A DNA stretch of 64,000 bases from the NCBI GenBank assembly GCA_000004985.1, contig GG738860.1; one strand, given 5' to 3'. The DNA is from Naegleria gruberi (taxonomy: Eukaryota). The notes under the pieces were generated by a model. The model ran no database searches, was not told the DNA's origin, and saw only the letters and a list, made by a program, of their open reading frames with translations. Every line of letters starts with the position of its first letter. Within the stretch, counting starts at the first letter, position 1. Of the stretch, positions 32,601 to 42,795 are shown one piece after another. A program made the translations under genes and the position numbers.

Positions 32601-33080
32601 ATTAAGGAGAGAATAACATGTCCATTCACATCCACTCAATTTGTAATTCATAATTTGTCATTTGACATTGCTTCTGATTTGAAGGATTGCTATTTGGATG
32701 AAATTATTCTTTATTCGGCTCCAATTACGATATTTGGAACTAATTGGAATGTGAAATTCGTACAGAAATTAGAAAGTGGAATAATTGAACTTTATTTAAT
32801 GTTGGCCTCACTTGATCTATTTGATGACAAGGCAGCCATTCATGCTTGTTGTGTGGAATTTTATTTTGCCAATAAGAATCTTCATCCAGATTCCACTTTT
32901 GGTATGAAAAGAAGTTTCAATTCTCAGAATACACCTTATGGTGGTCCAATTGAGCATCAAGAATTATTAAAACCTGAAAAGAGAGTAAATCTCAATGGTG
33001 AATTGGTTGATAGATATGAAATTTCGCTCATTATGAATGTTAAGAGTATTAGTAAGAAACACTATTCGAAATTATACTAA
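29610..33080 (+). CDS. Large F-box-like / LRR protein with a C-terminal region that may contain MATH/TRAF-like domains.
   Basis: 1156-aa ORF. The N-terminus is F-box-like (LIQFLPLEVWYEHILTYFPSNLLLSTRLVNRNFSNII). There are extensive LRR-like repeats. The C-terminal MATH-like call is weak. Confidence 0.65.
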   Translation: MDEQRDHPVIGLIQFLPLEVWYEHILTYFPSNLLLSTRLVNRNFSNIILSYFIKLKKEFNYSTFRLSKKQLKYSLNFLSRFENLQSFCFENPIMIINDKNDEQAMNSLLSDLVFLEHLQEIDLTSCNHDGQFIEKLLERNNSNRMIENLTSLSMNVVESEHFTLILEHFINLKSLKIENFEYSSFNNSIAIKLNDKLEELFIHSGITAEHLNQIMKQGRNLKKLLIKMSAIEMEYLDDLSAFENLTSLTIETNCDVSYVDIDQINSEPEFHANYFSSLKNLRNLTELELPWTISNENSDSVREFCHLSQLSSLKTLYLTILQGNDNQIEMEKTLEKIIVTISHLYNLTDLSLDFLEIFTDFEEIDQNVLDNIPQLTKLEKFTFVGIPYQDGTHVKNLCDYYCVPTLKYLSVSIKDGIIPSRNDLKSVESIEMVIEEENDVYYQLFNKTNLSNITSLEIGLVKLKDLELISQMTNLKDLSMKLGNISSFKSVKFPKSLQSLVLEDCNFLTGMENEHFFDSFGSCPFLEIINFTKCPLLQDSFVRKLSKWIENSLDCKQIMFNQCDGLTNDSVFYFKDLKNCKYVHFYECRELYFTMEISNLLMRNTFIEVETACIVPKRFFDRLNNTESYIIHEEEIVNSLENFENMIRKLLELRQFQKASLYLQANMFENCSEESGNHKKLHQLLQDKSTLFETKWFFYYSFLKCHVENITFTTYADVEFIYNQAIELIFTQTNQNEEFIEDLKILLVELFETGKEFECMMNNKSLEYITTYLYEKRDFDKLLKCALTEESALELVNQITEKDCFQLTSLNNLLELNEDFLDNIIEKRSLFKNSPSFTEKMRDRGIEMDENDSELLEINQRVPERFRNSYLTELTVTMSEKNDFTDGESEAFNAFGFRWNLKVQEEGDRLLIDINLLSCIPLNRKFDSYENINGNDGDSIEISFMLLNYDNNPYSYMSGRKIFDQSSMQHTFEISTTLIEEFSENNFKFLIGLGLISIKERITCPFTSTQFVIHNLSFDIASDLKDCYLDEIILYSAPITIFGTNWNVKFVQKLESGIIELYLMLASLDLFDDKAAIHACCVEFYFANKNLHPDSTFGMKRSFNSQNTPYGGPIEHQELLKPEKRVNLNGELVDRYEISLIMNVKSISKKHYSKLY

Positions 33081-33116
33081 ACAAAACTCTTCCATTAGAA
33101 ACATATAATACTCAAT

Positions 33117-33707
33117 TTATAATAAACGACGTTTAGTTGCCAATAGTTCAGCATCATCTTCATCTCCCTTAACAATGATCAAAATCAATGCACTAACAAT
33201 TGAAGCAATTCCACACAAAATATTCAAAATACTTGCAACTAAGAGACAAATAATTGATGAAGCAACTGGTAAGTGAAGAAAATTAACACTTCTAATTCCA
33301 TAAATTATAGAAAAGGATGCATCCAAATTCATTCCAAAACAAATAGAAGCAGCAATCAATAACGCAACCTTAAAGCCAAGAATGACATTTGGTGGAATGA
33401 CACATGAAGGTTCACTTGACATGCACTTGCTCATGTCCTTTTGTAATACATTAGACATGGTGATCAAGTTTAAAATGGCCACAACCATCTGTAAGAATGA
33501 ACACAAGCTCAGTGAAATATAACTTTCGAATGGAGAAATTGGCATTTTACTTCCGGCTACATCTGTAAAGTAAAGAATGAGTGCAACCAAATTGAATACC
33601 ACCAATAGCATGGATGGAATTGCAACGAGGGAGGAGAAGAGTTTAGGAAGAAGAGGTGTGGACATTGTGTGAAATGATTCGTTTTTTTTTGCTTTAGAAT
33701 AGCTCAA
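33117..33707 (-). CDS. Hypothetical small polytopic membrane protein with four or five TM helices.
   Basis: 196-aa ORF with several 20-aa hydrophobic stretches. The probable start is the internal Met (MSTPLLPKLF...). Confidence 0.45.
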   Translation of the reverse strand: MSYSKAKKNESFHTMSTPLLPKLFSSLVAIPSMLLVVFNLVALILYFTDVAGSKMPISPFESYISLSLCSFLQMVVAILNLITMSNVLQKDMSKCMSSEPSCVIPPNVILGFKVALLIAASICFGMNLDASFSIIYGIRSVNFLHLPVASSIICLLVASILNILCGIASIVSALILIIVKGDEDDAELLATKRRLL

Positions 33708-33851
33708 AATTTATCCTTTTATTTCGTCTTATGAAATTAGAATTGAATTGGATTCTAATACGGAGTGAATTTGGCTAAGACCAACAATGTGGAAATTATC
33801 TGCTCTAATTATTTTGATATTAACTTTATTTCAGTCTTCTGACTCAACAAT

Positions 33852-36800
33852 TTAAAACCACACAAATAAGACCAATATCATTAATATTGTTGAAACTCTT
33901 AAAATGCTCAACTTGTTAGCATCTGAAGTTACTATTGAACTTTTTGGTTGAATTGTTGAGCTTGTTGGAATCATTGATATTTGTGCTGAAGGTGCTGTTG
34001 GTTGCTTACAAGTATCAAGTGGTGGCAGTGAAGGAATGGCAACAGTAGGAATAGAAAACGATGTCTGTACAGCTGTGAAAGTATTTACAAAAAATGTGTA
34101 AGGATCCTGATCATTTGGTATTGTAAATGGGAAAACAACTTGTAAAACTGGAGATGATGGAACAAATGTGGAATTGTAGGTAATATTCACATTAAGGGGT
34201 GTCCAAATGACAGTAACAGAATTGGCTGATTGAACCCATGTTGAACTTTGCTCTGAAAAGAATGCAGTACCAAATCCATTCATTGATGTACCATTGTACA
34301 GACCCTTACTATGTAACCAATGACCTGGTACACTTGGAGATGTAATTAGACTTTGAGTTTTTGCAGAATTCCATGAAGAATCTCCAATATGTGCCTCTCC
34401 ATTAGTTGTAATACTTTGAACAAGAATACTCTGACCGTCAGTTCTCAAATTTTGAATACTCAATATTTTAACTACCACGAGTGGTATTCCAGGAGCGTAG
34501 GAAACTACATTCACTTGTAACATGACAACGAGACCACGTGAGGAAATTCTCTGTTGAATGAGTACTGCGGCACTTGTTTCTGATATGCTGGCCTTTAATA
34601 CAGAGCTAGTGGTATCAGGAGCATTCCATGAGGTGCTACTTTCACTGGATAGCATTGTACCTGTTGTTATTCTCAAAGTAGCAAGTCTTGAACCTTTCCA
34701 CGACAGTCTCACAATGGAGCCATCAATTTTAACAGAACCAAAGTCATAAGCAAGCCCATCAGGAATCGATCCAGCTAAATTTTGAGCAGTGACATTACCA
34801 GTTGGTGATGAAAGTGGTTGAGTTTGATATATTGTGCTATTCAAACCTGCACTATGACGAGCACAAACATTGAAATTCATTGAAATGGCTGCTTGAACCA
34901 TGAGTGGGTAAGGATCATCATTCACATTCAGTAAACCATAATTGGAATTCTCAGGGAAAGTGGTACTAATACCAAGAGCTGGCTCATCAACATACATGAA
35001 ATAGGAATTACCAACAATTAATGGATGAGATTGTAAAAAAGTATTAAAGTAGGAATAACATTTGGCACGTTGAGCTTGATTATCAACTCTCATTCCAGCT
35101 CCATGAGTGGATGGTAAGCCAGCATCCAGAGCAGGGAACGACCACTCTGTAATGATTAGAGGACGATTATAATTTCCTACCCATTGTTGTGGAGTTTGTT
35201 GAACTTGTTTTGGAATTCCCAAATTGACCTCAATAGAAGGATACCAATTGTATGTAATGACATCACAATATTTGGCTGCAATATCTACAATGTCAGGCGC
35301 TTGTCCTGGAAAACGATTACACAAATAGACATGATTTGGATCAACTTTTTTGAGTGCTTGTGAAACTGTACTGAAATAAATCTCTGCAACATTTCTAACA
35401 AATTGACGTGAGACACTGATGGCCTTCTCACTCATTGGTATGGCAGGAGAGGTATTGTTAACAAGTGTTGCGAATGAATTAATTCCTGAAATACCCCATC
35501 CATTCATAAACTCTGTTTCCAAATTGACCAAACCAAAAGTATCAATAATGAGATTTGCCCAAGCAATCTTGGCAGTGTGATTTGACTCCTTAAGCCAAGC
35601 CTGATTAAACAAACAATAGTCCTTACTGGAACAACCACTATCTCCCCACCATTGAATTTCATTATCTACAAAGTGTCCAATAACCCACGGATCATCTCTA
35701 TATTGTAAATAATCTGAAAAGGTAAAATAGAGAAAATCAGTCCATTGTGGATGGAAAACATTTGGAAATCCAGTCCAAGTGGTCTTTGGTGTAATGTCAC
35801 TAATCTTGCCTGAAAATTCATTGGTTGTGTGAGTGATTGTGTGAGCTAGTCCCTTATATCTCAAATAGGTTGACACATCAGTTCCAAGAGTATTGAATCC
35901 CCATGATAGTAATCTCTGAGCTTGTGCATTGGCCCAATTAGATTCATTTCCATATTTAATAGAAACATTGCAAAACCTCCCAAAGCTTCAGTAGCAAATT
36001 CATAATAATTAACATGGTCAACTGCAACAAAATAGAATGGATTACCAACAGGATCAATGAACCACCACTTCCCTGTTGTAATATCTTGCTCGACACGGAA
36101 AAATCCAGTGGCTTTACGTGGACACATTGAAGTACAACTCAAAGATGGATTCCATGCAGGAAATTGTCGAGTAATTGTCATATTCACAGGTACTGTCCAC
36201 GATGAGGTAACATTACTATAGACAACATTAAGAAAACCAGTGTGAAAAGCACCTCTTCCTGTAAGTACTGCTTGTGGATTTGTGATACACCAACCAAGTG
36301 AGCTAACTACACTTCCATTGGAGGCAAAAGCCCATTTTGCTTGAACTTTAGCAATACAACTGATATTGTTGCTAGGATGATATCCACCAATGGACATGGA
36401 AATAGTTGCAGTATAATCTACACCATATTGCCAATTATAGGAACTTCCACTTGAAGGAAGTGAAATTGCATCCTGAGATGAAGAAAGCCAAACGCCATTC
36501 TTCATTTCACCCAACTCTACAAAGTGACTTGAGCCAGATTGTAATGGAGATTCAACAAGATGAGTAGCCCAATAATTACTCGAATCCTTATAAATAGCAA
36601 CACCTCCAGTCAACCACACAGTATTAGTAACTTGTGAAATACGGGACAATATTCTAACATTGGTAGAGAAGGTTGTATCATTGGCCAAACTAGCTGCCAC
36701 ATGCTGAACAGTGAGAGAACCATAACCATTATCAATCCAGAATTTACCCTCTGAAATGAATGAACCATACGAAGAAGCCAACCAATTCGGAGCTCCAAAA

Positions 36801-36937
36801 GCACCATTAATATAAGCAGCAGATGAGAAATTGTCGGTTACTGTTGTGGCTGTTATTGTTGTTGTTGTCGTTGTGGTGTGGATTGTGAAAATAAGCAACA
36901 GCAACAGCATCAACAATTGTCCGCAAAGTTTGTTCAT
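33852..36937 (-). CDS. Secreted clan GH-A (TIM-barrel) glycoside hydrolase. It has an N-terminal beta-sandwich domain, a Thr-rich linker and a hydrophobic C-terminal tail. The reading frame is broken near 35930-35990 by a frameshift or by an intron with a non-canonical donor.
   Basis: Two overlapping minus-strand ORFs (36988..35861 and 35876..33852) read as one protein. Signal peptide MNKLCGQLLMLLLLLIFTIHT, then a poly-T linker. Catalytic-type motifs: FVDNEIQWWG (acid/base NE) and LIITEWSF (nucleophile TE). The segment QRLLSWGFNTLG lies in the -1 frame relative to the upstream FYFVAVDHVNYYEF. Confidence 0.6.
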
Positions 36938-37106
36938 TTTTTTTAATGATTCGAACTCATCTTTGAAAACATTGTAATCGGCAATCATCTTTCATTTTCA
37001 ATGTGAGATCTTGTCTTGGATTTCATTCTTCTTAATTTTTTACATTTTACATTTTTTTTACATTTTTATGTTTTTTGAAAAAGAGTTTTTTTAAATTACA
37101 AAAAAA

Positions 37107-38306
37107 ATGCAATACGAAGATGACGATCCCATGAGTGAAGCCTTATCACTCAATGATCCTTCTTCCGAAGTAGAGTATGATTTGGGATCGATGCCTTTGG
37201 AAGAATTAATTGAACTATATGAAAAGATGGAGAATGATCGGATTGACTTGGAAAAATTAAATGAAATTGTTTATGAAATTTGTGATGTGTACATGGTAGA
37301 AAATAATGAAGAGAAAGTCTTTGAATGGAAACTCAAGGCAGCAGAGAAGGGAATTGTAGATGCTCAAGCAAGTGTTGCAGAAATGTATGATGAAGGGCGT
37401 GGAGTTTCGGCCAATTATGAAAAGGCATTGTATTGGTTGATTAAAGCAGCTGAGGGAGGTGATTTGGAATCACAAATACTTCTTGGTTGGTATTATGAAA
37501 AAGGAAAAGGAATGGATCAACCAAATAATGAAATGTCATTTAAATGGTATAAGCAAGCTGCTGATTTTGGGGTTGTTGATGCCATTCATAGATGTGGTTA
37601 CTCACTATTGAAGATTGGAGATGCTCAAGGTGCCATGTCATGGTTTATAAAGGGATTGGAGTGTAGGGATGGACCATCAATGGTTGAGCTTGCAGAAATG
37701 TATAGAAGTGGTGAAGGAGTAGTTAAAGATATGAAGAAGTCGTTCGAATATTACGAAATGGCAGCCAAAGTTGAGTGTAGACGAGGTCTTATGGGTGTTG
37801 GAACGGCCTATCAATTTGGATTTGGTGTTGGAGTGAATTTTGAAAAGGCAAGGCATTATTTTGAATTGGGTGCTTTACAGAACTGCCCCGGCTCAATGAA
37901 TAATCTTGCGGATATGTATTGGAAAGGCGAGGGAGTCGAACGAAATTTCCAAAAAGCCCTTGAATGGGTTAAAAAATCTATTGAACTCGGTAGTTATGAT
38001 GGAATTGCAACATATGGAGAAATGATTTTGGCTGGTGATGGTGTAGAACAAGATTACAATAAGGCATTTGAAAATTTCAAAATTGCATCAGAAAACAACT
38101 GTTCCTTTGCACATGCCCTTCTTGGAAGAATGTATGAAAATGGTTGGGGATGTGAAAAGGATATTTCCAAAGCTTTTCTATTATATCTGAAAGGAGCAAA
38201 AGAATATGATGAGGCAGCAGTCGAGAGATTGGAATCAACATTTAAGACTTCCTTGTATAAAAAGTCATTTCATCTTTGTGATGTGGTGATTACAACTGAA
38301 CCATAA
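37107..38306 (+). CDS. Sel1-like repeat (SLR) protein.
   Basis: 399-aa ORF with ~9 tandem 36-aa Sel1-type repeats, for example AEMYDEGRGVSANYEKALYWLIKAAEGGDLESQILLGWYYEKGKG. Confidence 0.85.
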   Translation: MQYEDDDPMSEALSLNDPSSEVEYDLGSMPLEELIELYEKMENDRIDLEKLNEIVYEICDVYMVENNEEKVFEWKLKAAEKGIVDAQASVAEMYDEGRGVSANYEKALYWLIKAAEGGDLESQILLGWYYEKGKGMDQPNNEMSFKWYKQAADFGVVDAIHRCGYSLLKIGDAQGAMSWFIKGLECRDGPSMVELAEMYRSGEGVVKDMKKSFEYYEMAAKVECRRGLMGVGTAYQFGFGVGVNFEKARHYFELGALQNCPGSMNNLADMYWKGEGVERNFQKALEWVKKSIELGSYDGIATYGEMILAGDGVEQDYNKAFENFKIASENNCSFAHALLGRMYENGWGCEKDISKAFLLYLKGAKEYDEAAVERLESTFKTSLYKKSFHLCDVVITTEP

Positions 38307-38553
38307 TTAAATTCTAAATTTAATTTCAATATTAGTATGAAATTATTGGCCTTATTTAAGGTTGGTTGAGCTAACATCTGAAAAGTAGAGAACAAGAGCC
38401 ACCCAATTGAAAACCAAAAGCAAAGCTTCAGATGGGAATGTAACGATCTTAAATATTAATTTTAAATAGTGTGAGTGTCATCATTTAGATGACCAAGTTA
38501 GTTTCGATTTATTAAGAATTTTTTCCAATCCTTAATAGAGATGATGTACAAAA

Positions 38554-39885
38554 TTACTGTTGGAGTTTTTCTAACAATTCAGCAGTTGTTTGTTGTGGTT
38601 GAGGTGTCGTGGTATTGGAAGTGAGTGGCTCAAAAGAAATTCTCACAATTCCATATTTCATTAAGGTATCCTCTCCCATCATGTCAATTGAGGTTGATGA
38701 TGAGGAAGAAGAGAAAGTACTCGAAACTCCATGAGTTGTCCTATTGGTTTTCAATTCACAAGATTCATTTTTCTTTTGATTGACAGGTGGTTTGGCTGAA
38801 GATGGAGTTCTTTTAAATGATTTCATTGAACACAATTCATTATTAGCTAAAGATGAGAGTGATTTGTTTGAATTTTGATTGTTGGACTGAGTTTGATCCA
38901 ATACATCATTTGAATAATCCTCAAAGAAGGCATCAAATGATGAAGAGCTTTGATGCATTGAATTATTTGGTTCAAGCATTTTCTTTTCTCCTAATTCACT
39001 TGTGCTCGTTTCAGATTTGAGTTCTTCCTTCATTGATGTTTGTTTTGGTGAATTATTTGCAGTAACTCTTGGTGAAGATTGAGAGGTTGGTGAAATAGTT
39101 TTAGGTTCTGAAAGCAACATGTTGAGTGTTCTCGATGATGGTATTCTCAAATTAAATTCAGAATAGTCAATATCCTCTGATTGACTTGTTGAGCTAGTAC
39201 CACTTGGTTGAGTAGTAGGCAAAGCTCCTGTTGTTGATGACGTTCTTTTACAATCCAAATCACCCGAAGATCTTCTCTTCTTTGAGAAGAAATCAAATCG
39301 TGGAGAGGTTGATGACTTTTTCTTTTCCTCCTTATTTTCTTTCAGAGCCAATTCATCCAAACAACTAGAAACCGAAGAACTTCTCTTATATTTGGAAAAT
39401 AACTTTCTCGATGTTCTTTTCGATGTGTTATTATTATTATTATTATTTTGATCTTGATGATGATTTGTATGATTACTATTTGTTGAATTGGCATCATCCA
39501 TAGAACTAGTTGATTTTCTATTATTTCCATCTCCGTCTAATGATATTCTGCTAGCAGAATTATTTCCTTGTTGTTGTTGTGGTTGTTGTTTTCTTGATAT
39601 ATTTGCTCTGATTTTCTCAGTATCCCATACAAAAAAGTGTTCTTCTTCTTCGACAATCATTGTGGCATCTTCTATGATCATCATATCATCCTCTCCACCA
39701 CTTGAATAGTGTAGTGAAGAGGAGGAAGAGTTACGTCTTCCTCGTGGTGTATTAGAACTGGAGTGGCATCTCCTCTGTTGATGCTTTTGATTTGTTTTTG
39801 TAATAGTTGTTGTATGATTCTCTTCATGATAATGTCGTGGCGAGAGTTTCTTCTTGATGGCACCAAAGAGTTTGACAATTTGCAT
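38554..39885 (-). CDS. Low-complexity S/N/Q/T-rich protein. The N-terminus probably extends into the 39973-40022 gap.
   Basis: 443-aa ORF. The frame stays open upstream of the first Met (..QQQQQSSSSPSPPPNSNNKKNK-MQIV..) all the way to the N-run. Confidence 0.45.
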   Translation of the reverse strand: MQIVKLFGAIKKKLSPRHYHEENHTTTITKTNQKHQQRRCHSSSNTPRGRRNSSSSSLHYSSGGEDDMMIIEDATMIVEEEEHFFVWDTEKIRANISRKQQPQQQQGNNSASRISLDGDGNNRKSTSSMDDANSTNSNHTNHHQDQNNNNNNNTSKRTSRKLFSKYKRSSSVSSCLDELALKENKEEKKKSSTSPRFDFFSKKRRSSGDLDCKRTSSTTGALPTTQPSGTSSTSQSEDIDYSEFNLRIPSSRTLNMLLSEPKTISPTSQSSPRVTANNSPKQTSMKEELKSETSTSELGEKKMLEPNNSMHQSSSSFDAFFEDYSNDVLDQTQSNNQNSNKSLSSLANNELCSMKSFKRTPSSAKPPVNQKKNESCELKTNRTTHGVSSTFSSSSSSTSIDMMGEDTLMKYGIVRISFEPLTSNTTTPQPQQTTAELLEKLQQ

Positions 39886-39972
39886 TTTGTTTTTCTTATT
39901 ATTGCTGTTGGGAGGTGGTGATGGTGATGAGGATGATTGTTGTTGTTGTTGTAGGTGATGATAATTGTTTCT

Positions 39973-40022
39973 NNNNNNNNNNNNNNNNNNNNNNNNNNNN
40001 NNNNNNNNNNNNNNNNNNNNNN
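39973..40022. other. Assembly gap (50 N).
   Basis: Run of N characters. Confidence 1.
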
Positions 40023-40433
40023 TTTGATGAGTTAAGTTTGTATGCTTTTTTATATGAGATGAATATTGAGAGTCAATTATTGGAAAACAATGAGAGAGTA
40101 ATTATGAAACGAAAGAGAATCTATATTTTCTTTGATTCCTCTTGATGAAGATGATGTGTGTTTGTTGGGAAAGTGTTCAAAAGGCAATGAAAGGAAAGAA
40201 AAAACTTCAGTGAAAGAAGTACCACAAAAGTAATGCACATATTCTTATGGGTGAAGAATGACATTTTGAGCTAGCTTTCTCATTTCAGTTTTCTCATCTT
40301 TCATAAAAGCGTTAAACTTGACGATTGTTGAGCGAAAGTAGGATTATTGTGATTGTCTGAAAAGAGAAAGCCATTTATGAAGGTATTAAGCAATTACAAT
40401 ATGGTGGTTGCCATCATGATATCTTGAAAAAAA

Positions 40434-42141
40434 ATGAGACGACTGTCAAAGCTTGTAGGTCAACTGTCAATTAGTGAAGAAGAAGAAAAGCCTCCTCAAA
40501 CTCTTCGACAAGATGTTAATCCATCATCAGCATCATCATCAATTAACAAACATCAACGAACCATTATCTTTCTAGGATGTGGTGGTTCAGGAAAAAGTAA
40601 GTTTCCATTTCGAATAAACTTTCGAAATACAAAAAGGTTCAATCATGAGAGCCATTCATCCCATACCCGAATTCCTATCTCTCAAACTTATCGATTACAT
40701 GTACGAAAACATCCTAAATATTCCAACATTTATTTTGGGCACTGATTTTGGAAAGGAATTGAAAAAACGTAAAAATCAAGAATTTTTCGAAAATGAATTT
40801 AATCATCACAGTTTAATGATTTATATGGCAAAAACTGCAAGTATTTGGGATGAGGAATTTGCAAAGAAAATTTATTCAATGTGGTGGGATCCTGGTTTTC
40901 AGAAATTTGTCTTTGAAAGGAGGAGCAGTTTCGCATACATGGATGCAGTTCATTATTTTATACAGCAACGAAATTTTAAGAGGATAATGAGGAGTGGATT
41001 TCATCCGTGCAGAGAGGATACCTTCTATTGCATGATAAAGACGACTGGATTTGTGGAAATTTCGTACAGGAGTGGATATGTTTGTGTGGATAGTGGAGGT
41101 CAGAGAACTGAACGAAAGAAATGGCCAATCCACCTGCAATATGAAGAGGGAAAAGTCATTTGTTTTGTGGTTTCTCTTTCAGAGTTTGATGAATTGTGTT
41201 ATGAGGATGATGTTACCAATCGATATGAAGAGGGATTATCAAATTGGGACACGTGGTATCATAATGAACTAGTTCAAAAATTGCCAATTTATATCATATT
41301 TAACAAGATGGACGTTTTGGAGAGGAAGGTAAAGAATGGAATTAAATTTTCTGATTATGTCAAGTCCTATGATGGTGATGATAATGATCCAGAGGCAATT
41401 TCAGAATTTATCATTCAAAGATATTTGGAAATTGATACATTCTTTAATAGAGTTGTGAAACATTTTAAAATTTCTGCCAACAACTTTGATCAATGTGTTA
41501 ATACTATCAATGAGATATTCCACATTGATGAGAGGGTGAGTCCAGAAGATGCGAATTCACAGCAACATTCTCTTCCTGTTCAAAATACAAATAACACCAG
41601 AAGGAAAGTTGTGATAAATTCGGATCTTTTAATAGAGGATGTGATTTATAGTATTTTGGAATTCATGACTTTAGAAGAATTGTTGAACATCTTCTTGTTG
41701 GTCTCAAAGAAATGGAGCAAAGCAGGATTCAAAGTTCCCATTGATTTATTCAGACCTAATATGGATAATTTGGTGAATTCTAGATTTGAGAATGTGAGGA
41801 GTTTGAGTTTGCAATCAACATTTATGCAACGACGTCATATTGAACAGTTAGCTCACAATCCAATGTTTAAAAAATTGACCTATCTCAATCTGAGTAATAA
41901 CTACTCTCTATATATGCCTGATTGGAGCTATTTATTTGAACATAATCAATTTAAATATTTGGAGAAAATAGCATTGGATGATTGCTATCTTAATTCATCA
42001 CTCGTTGATTTCCTTCTCAAAATGCCAAGATTAAAAGAAGTCTCCCTACTTGGTAATCATTTATCACCTCTAGATTTGAAACGGATTAATCATATTTTGA
42101 AGGAAGACTTTGAAGATCCACTATTGGATTTGGAAAGGTAA
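40434..42141 (+). CDS. Heterotrimeric G-protein alpha subunit fused to a C-terminal F-box + LRR module. Two exons: join(40434..40596, 40637..42141).
   Basis: Exon 1 ends in the P-loop IIFLGCGGSGK. A 40-nt GTAAGT...AAAAG intron splits a Ser codon (a|gt), giving GSGKSSIMRAIH, as in G-alpha G(A/S)GESGKSTIVKQMKIIH. Downstream motifs: the helical domain, the switch-I region MIKTTGFVE, then DSGGQRTERKKW and FNKMD, which stand in place of the G3 box DVGGQ and the G4 box NKKD. Then an F-box-like segment (LLIEDVIYSILEFMTLEELLNIFLLVSKKWSK) and LRR-like repeats, all in one ORF. Confidence 0.8.
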
Positions 42142-42207
42142 TCACAGAAGCTATGAGTATGAGTAGTAACACTTTATTTAATGAATTTCGAAAATGGAGC
42201 TAGAATA

Positions 42208-42666
42208 TTAACCTCCTCTCAATCTCAAAACTAAATGAACTGTTGAATCCTTTTGAAGATTGTAATCGGAGAGTTGTCTTCCATCTTCTAATTGTTTACC
42301 TGCATAAATCAATCTTTGTTGATCAGATGGAATACCTTCCTTATCAAAGATCTTTTGTTTCATATTTTGAATAGTATCATTTGATTCCATTTCAATTGTA
42401 ATTGTCTTTCCAGTTAGGGTTTTAACAAAGAGTTGCATACCACCTCTCAATCTCAATACCAAGTGAAGAGTAGAGTCTTTTTGAATATTGTAATCATTGA
42501 TCGTTCTGCCATCTTCCAATTGTTTACCAGCATAGATGAGTCTTTGTTGTTCTGGTGGAATACCTTCCTTATCTTGAACTTTTCTTTTAACATTCTCAAT
42601 TGAATCATTTGATTCAACTTCCAATGTGATGGTTTTTCCAGTAAGTGTCTTGACGAATAATTGCAT
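42208..42666 (-). CDS. Di-ubiquitin-like protein: two tandem divergent ubiquitin domains, each ending LRLRGG.
   Basis: 152 aa = 2 x 76. Repeat 1 is [76 protein letters not shown], about 85% identical to ubiquitin. Repeat 2 is more divergent. K48, K63 and G75-G76 are retained. Confidence 0.85.
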   Translation of the reverse strand: MQLFVKTLTGKTITLEVESNDSIENVKRKVQDKEGIPPEQQRLIYAGKQLEDGRTINDYNIQKDSTLHLVLRLRGGMQLFVKTLTGKTITIEMESNDTIQNMKQKIFDKEGIPSDQQRLIYAGKQLEDGRQLSDYNLQKDSTVHLVLRLRGG

Positions 42667-42795
42667 TGTTGTTAACTGCTTTTTTCTTGAATTGTTTGTG
42701 TTTCATGTGGTTAGTCCTCTTTGGTTTTATTGCAAATCTTGGAAAAATATTTTTAGACAAAAGTTCTGAAGAATATGAGAAAACCTTGATGAACT

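Noticed and set aside
36938-36988. An upstream ATG, MIADYNVFKDEFESLKK, as the start of the glycoside-hydrolase gene.
   Set aside because: The internal Met begins a textbook signal peptide (MNKLCGQLLMLLLLLIF). The 17 preceding residues are charged and would bury the signal, so the downstream ATG is the more likely start.
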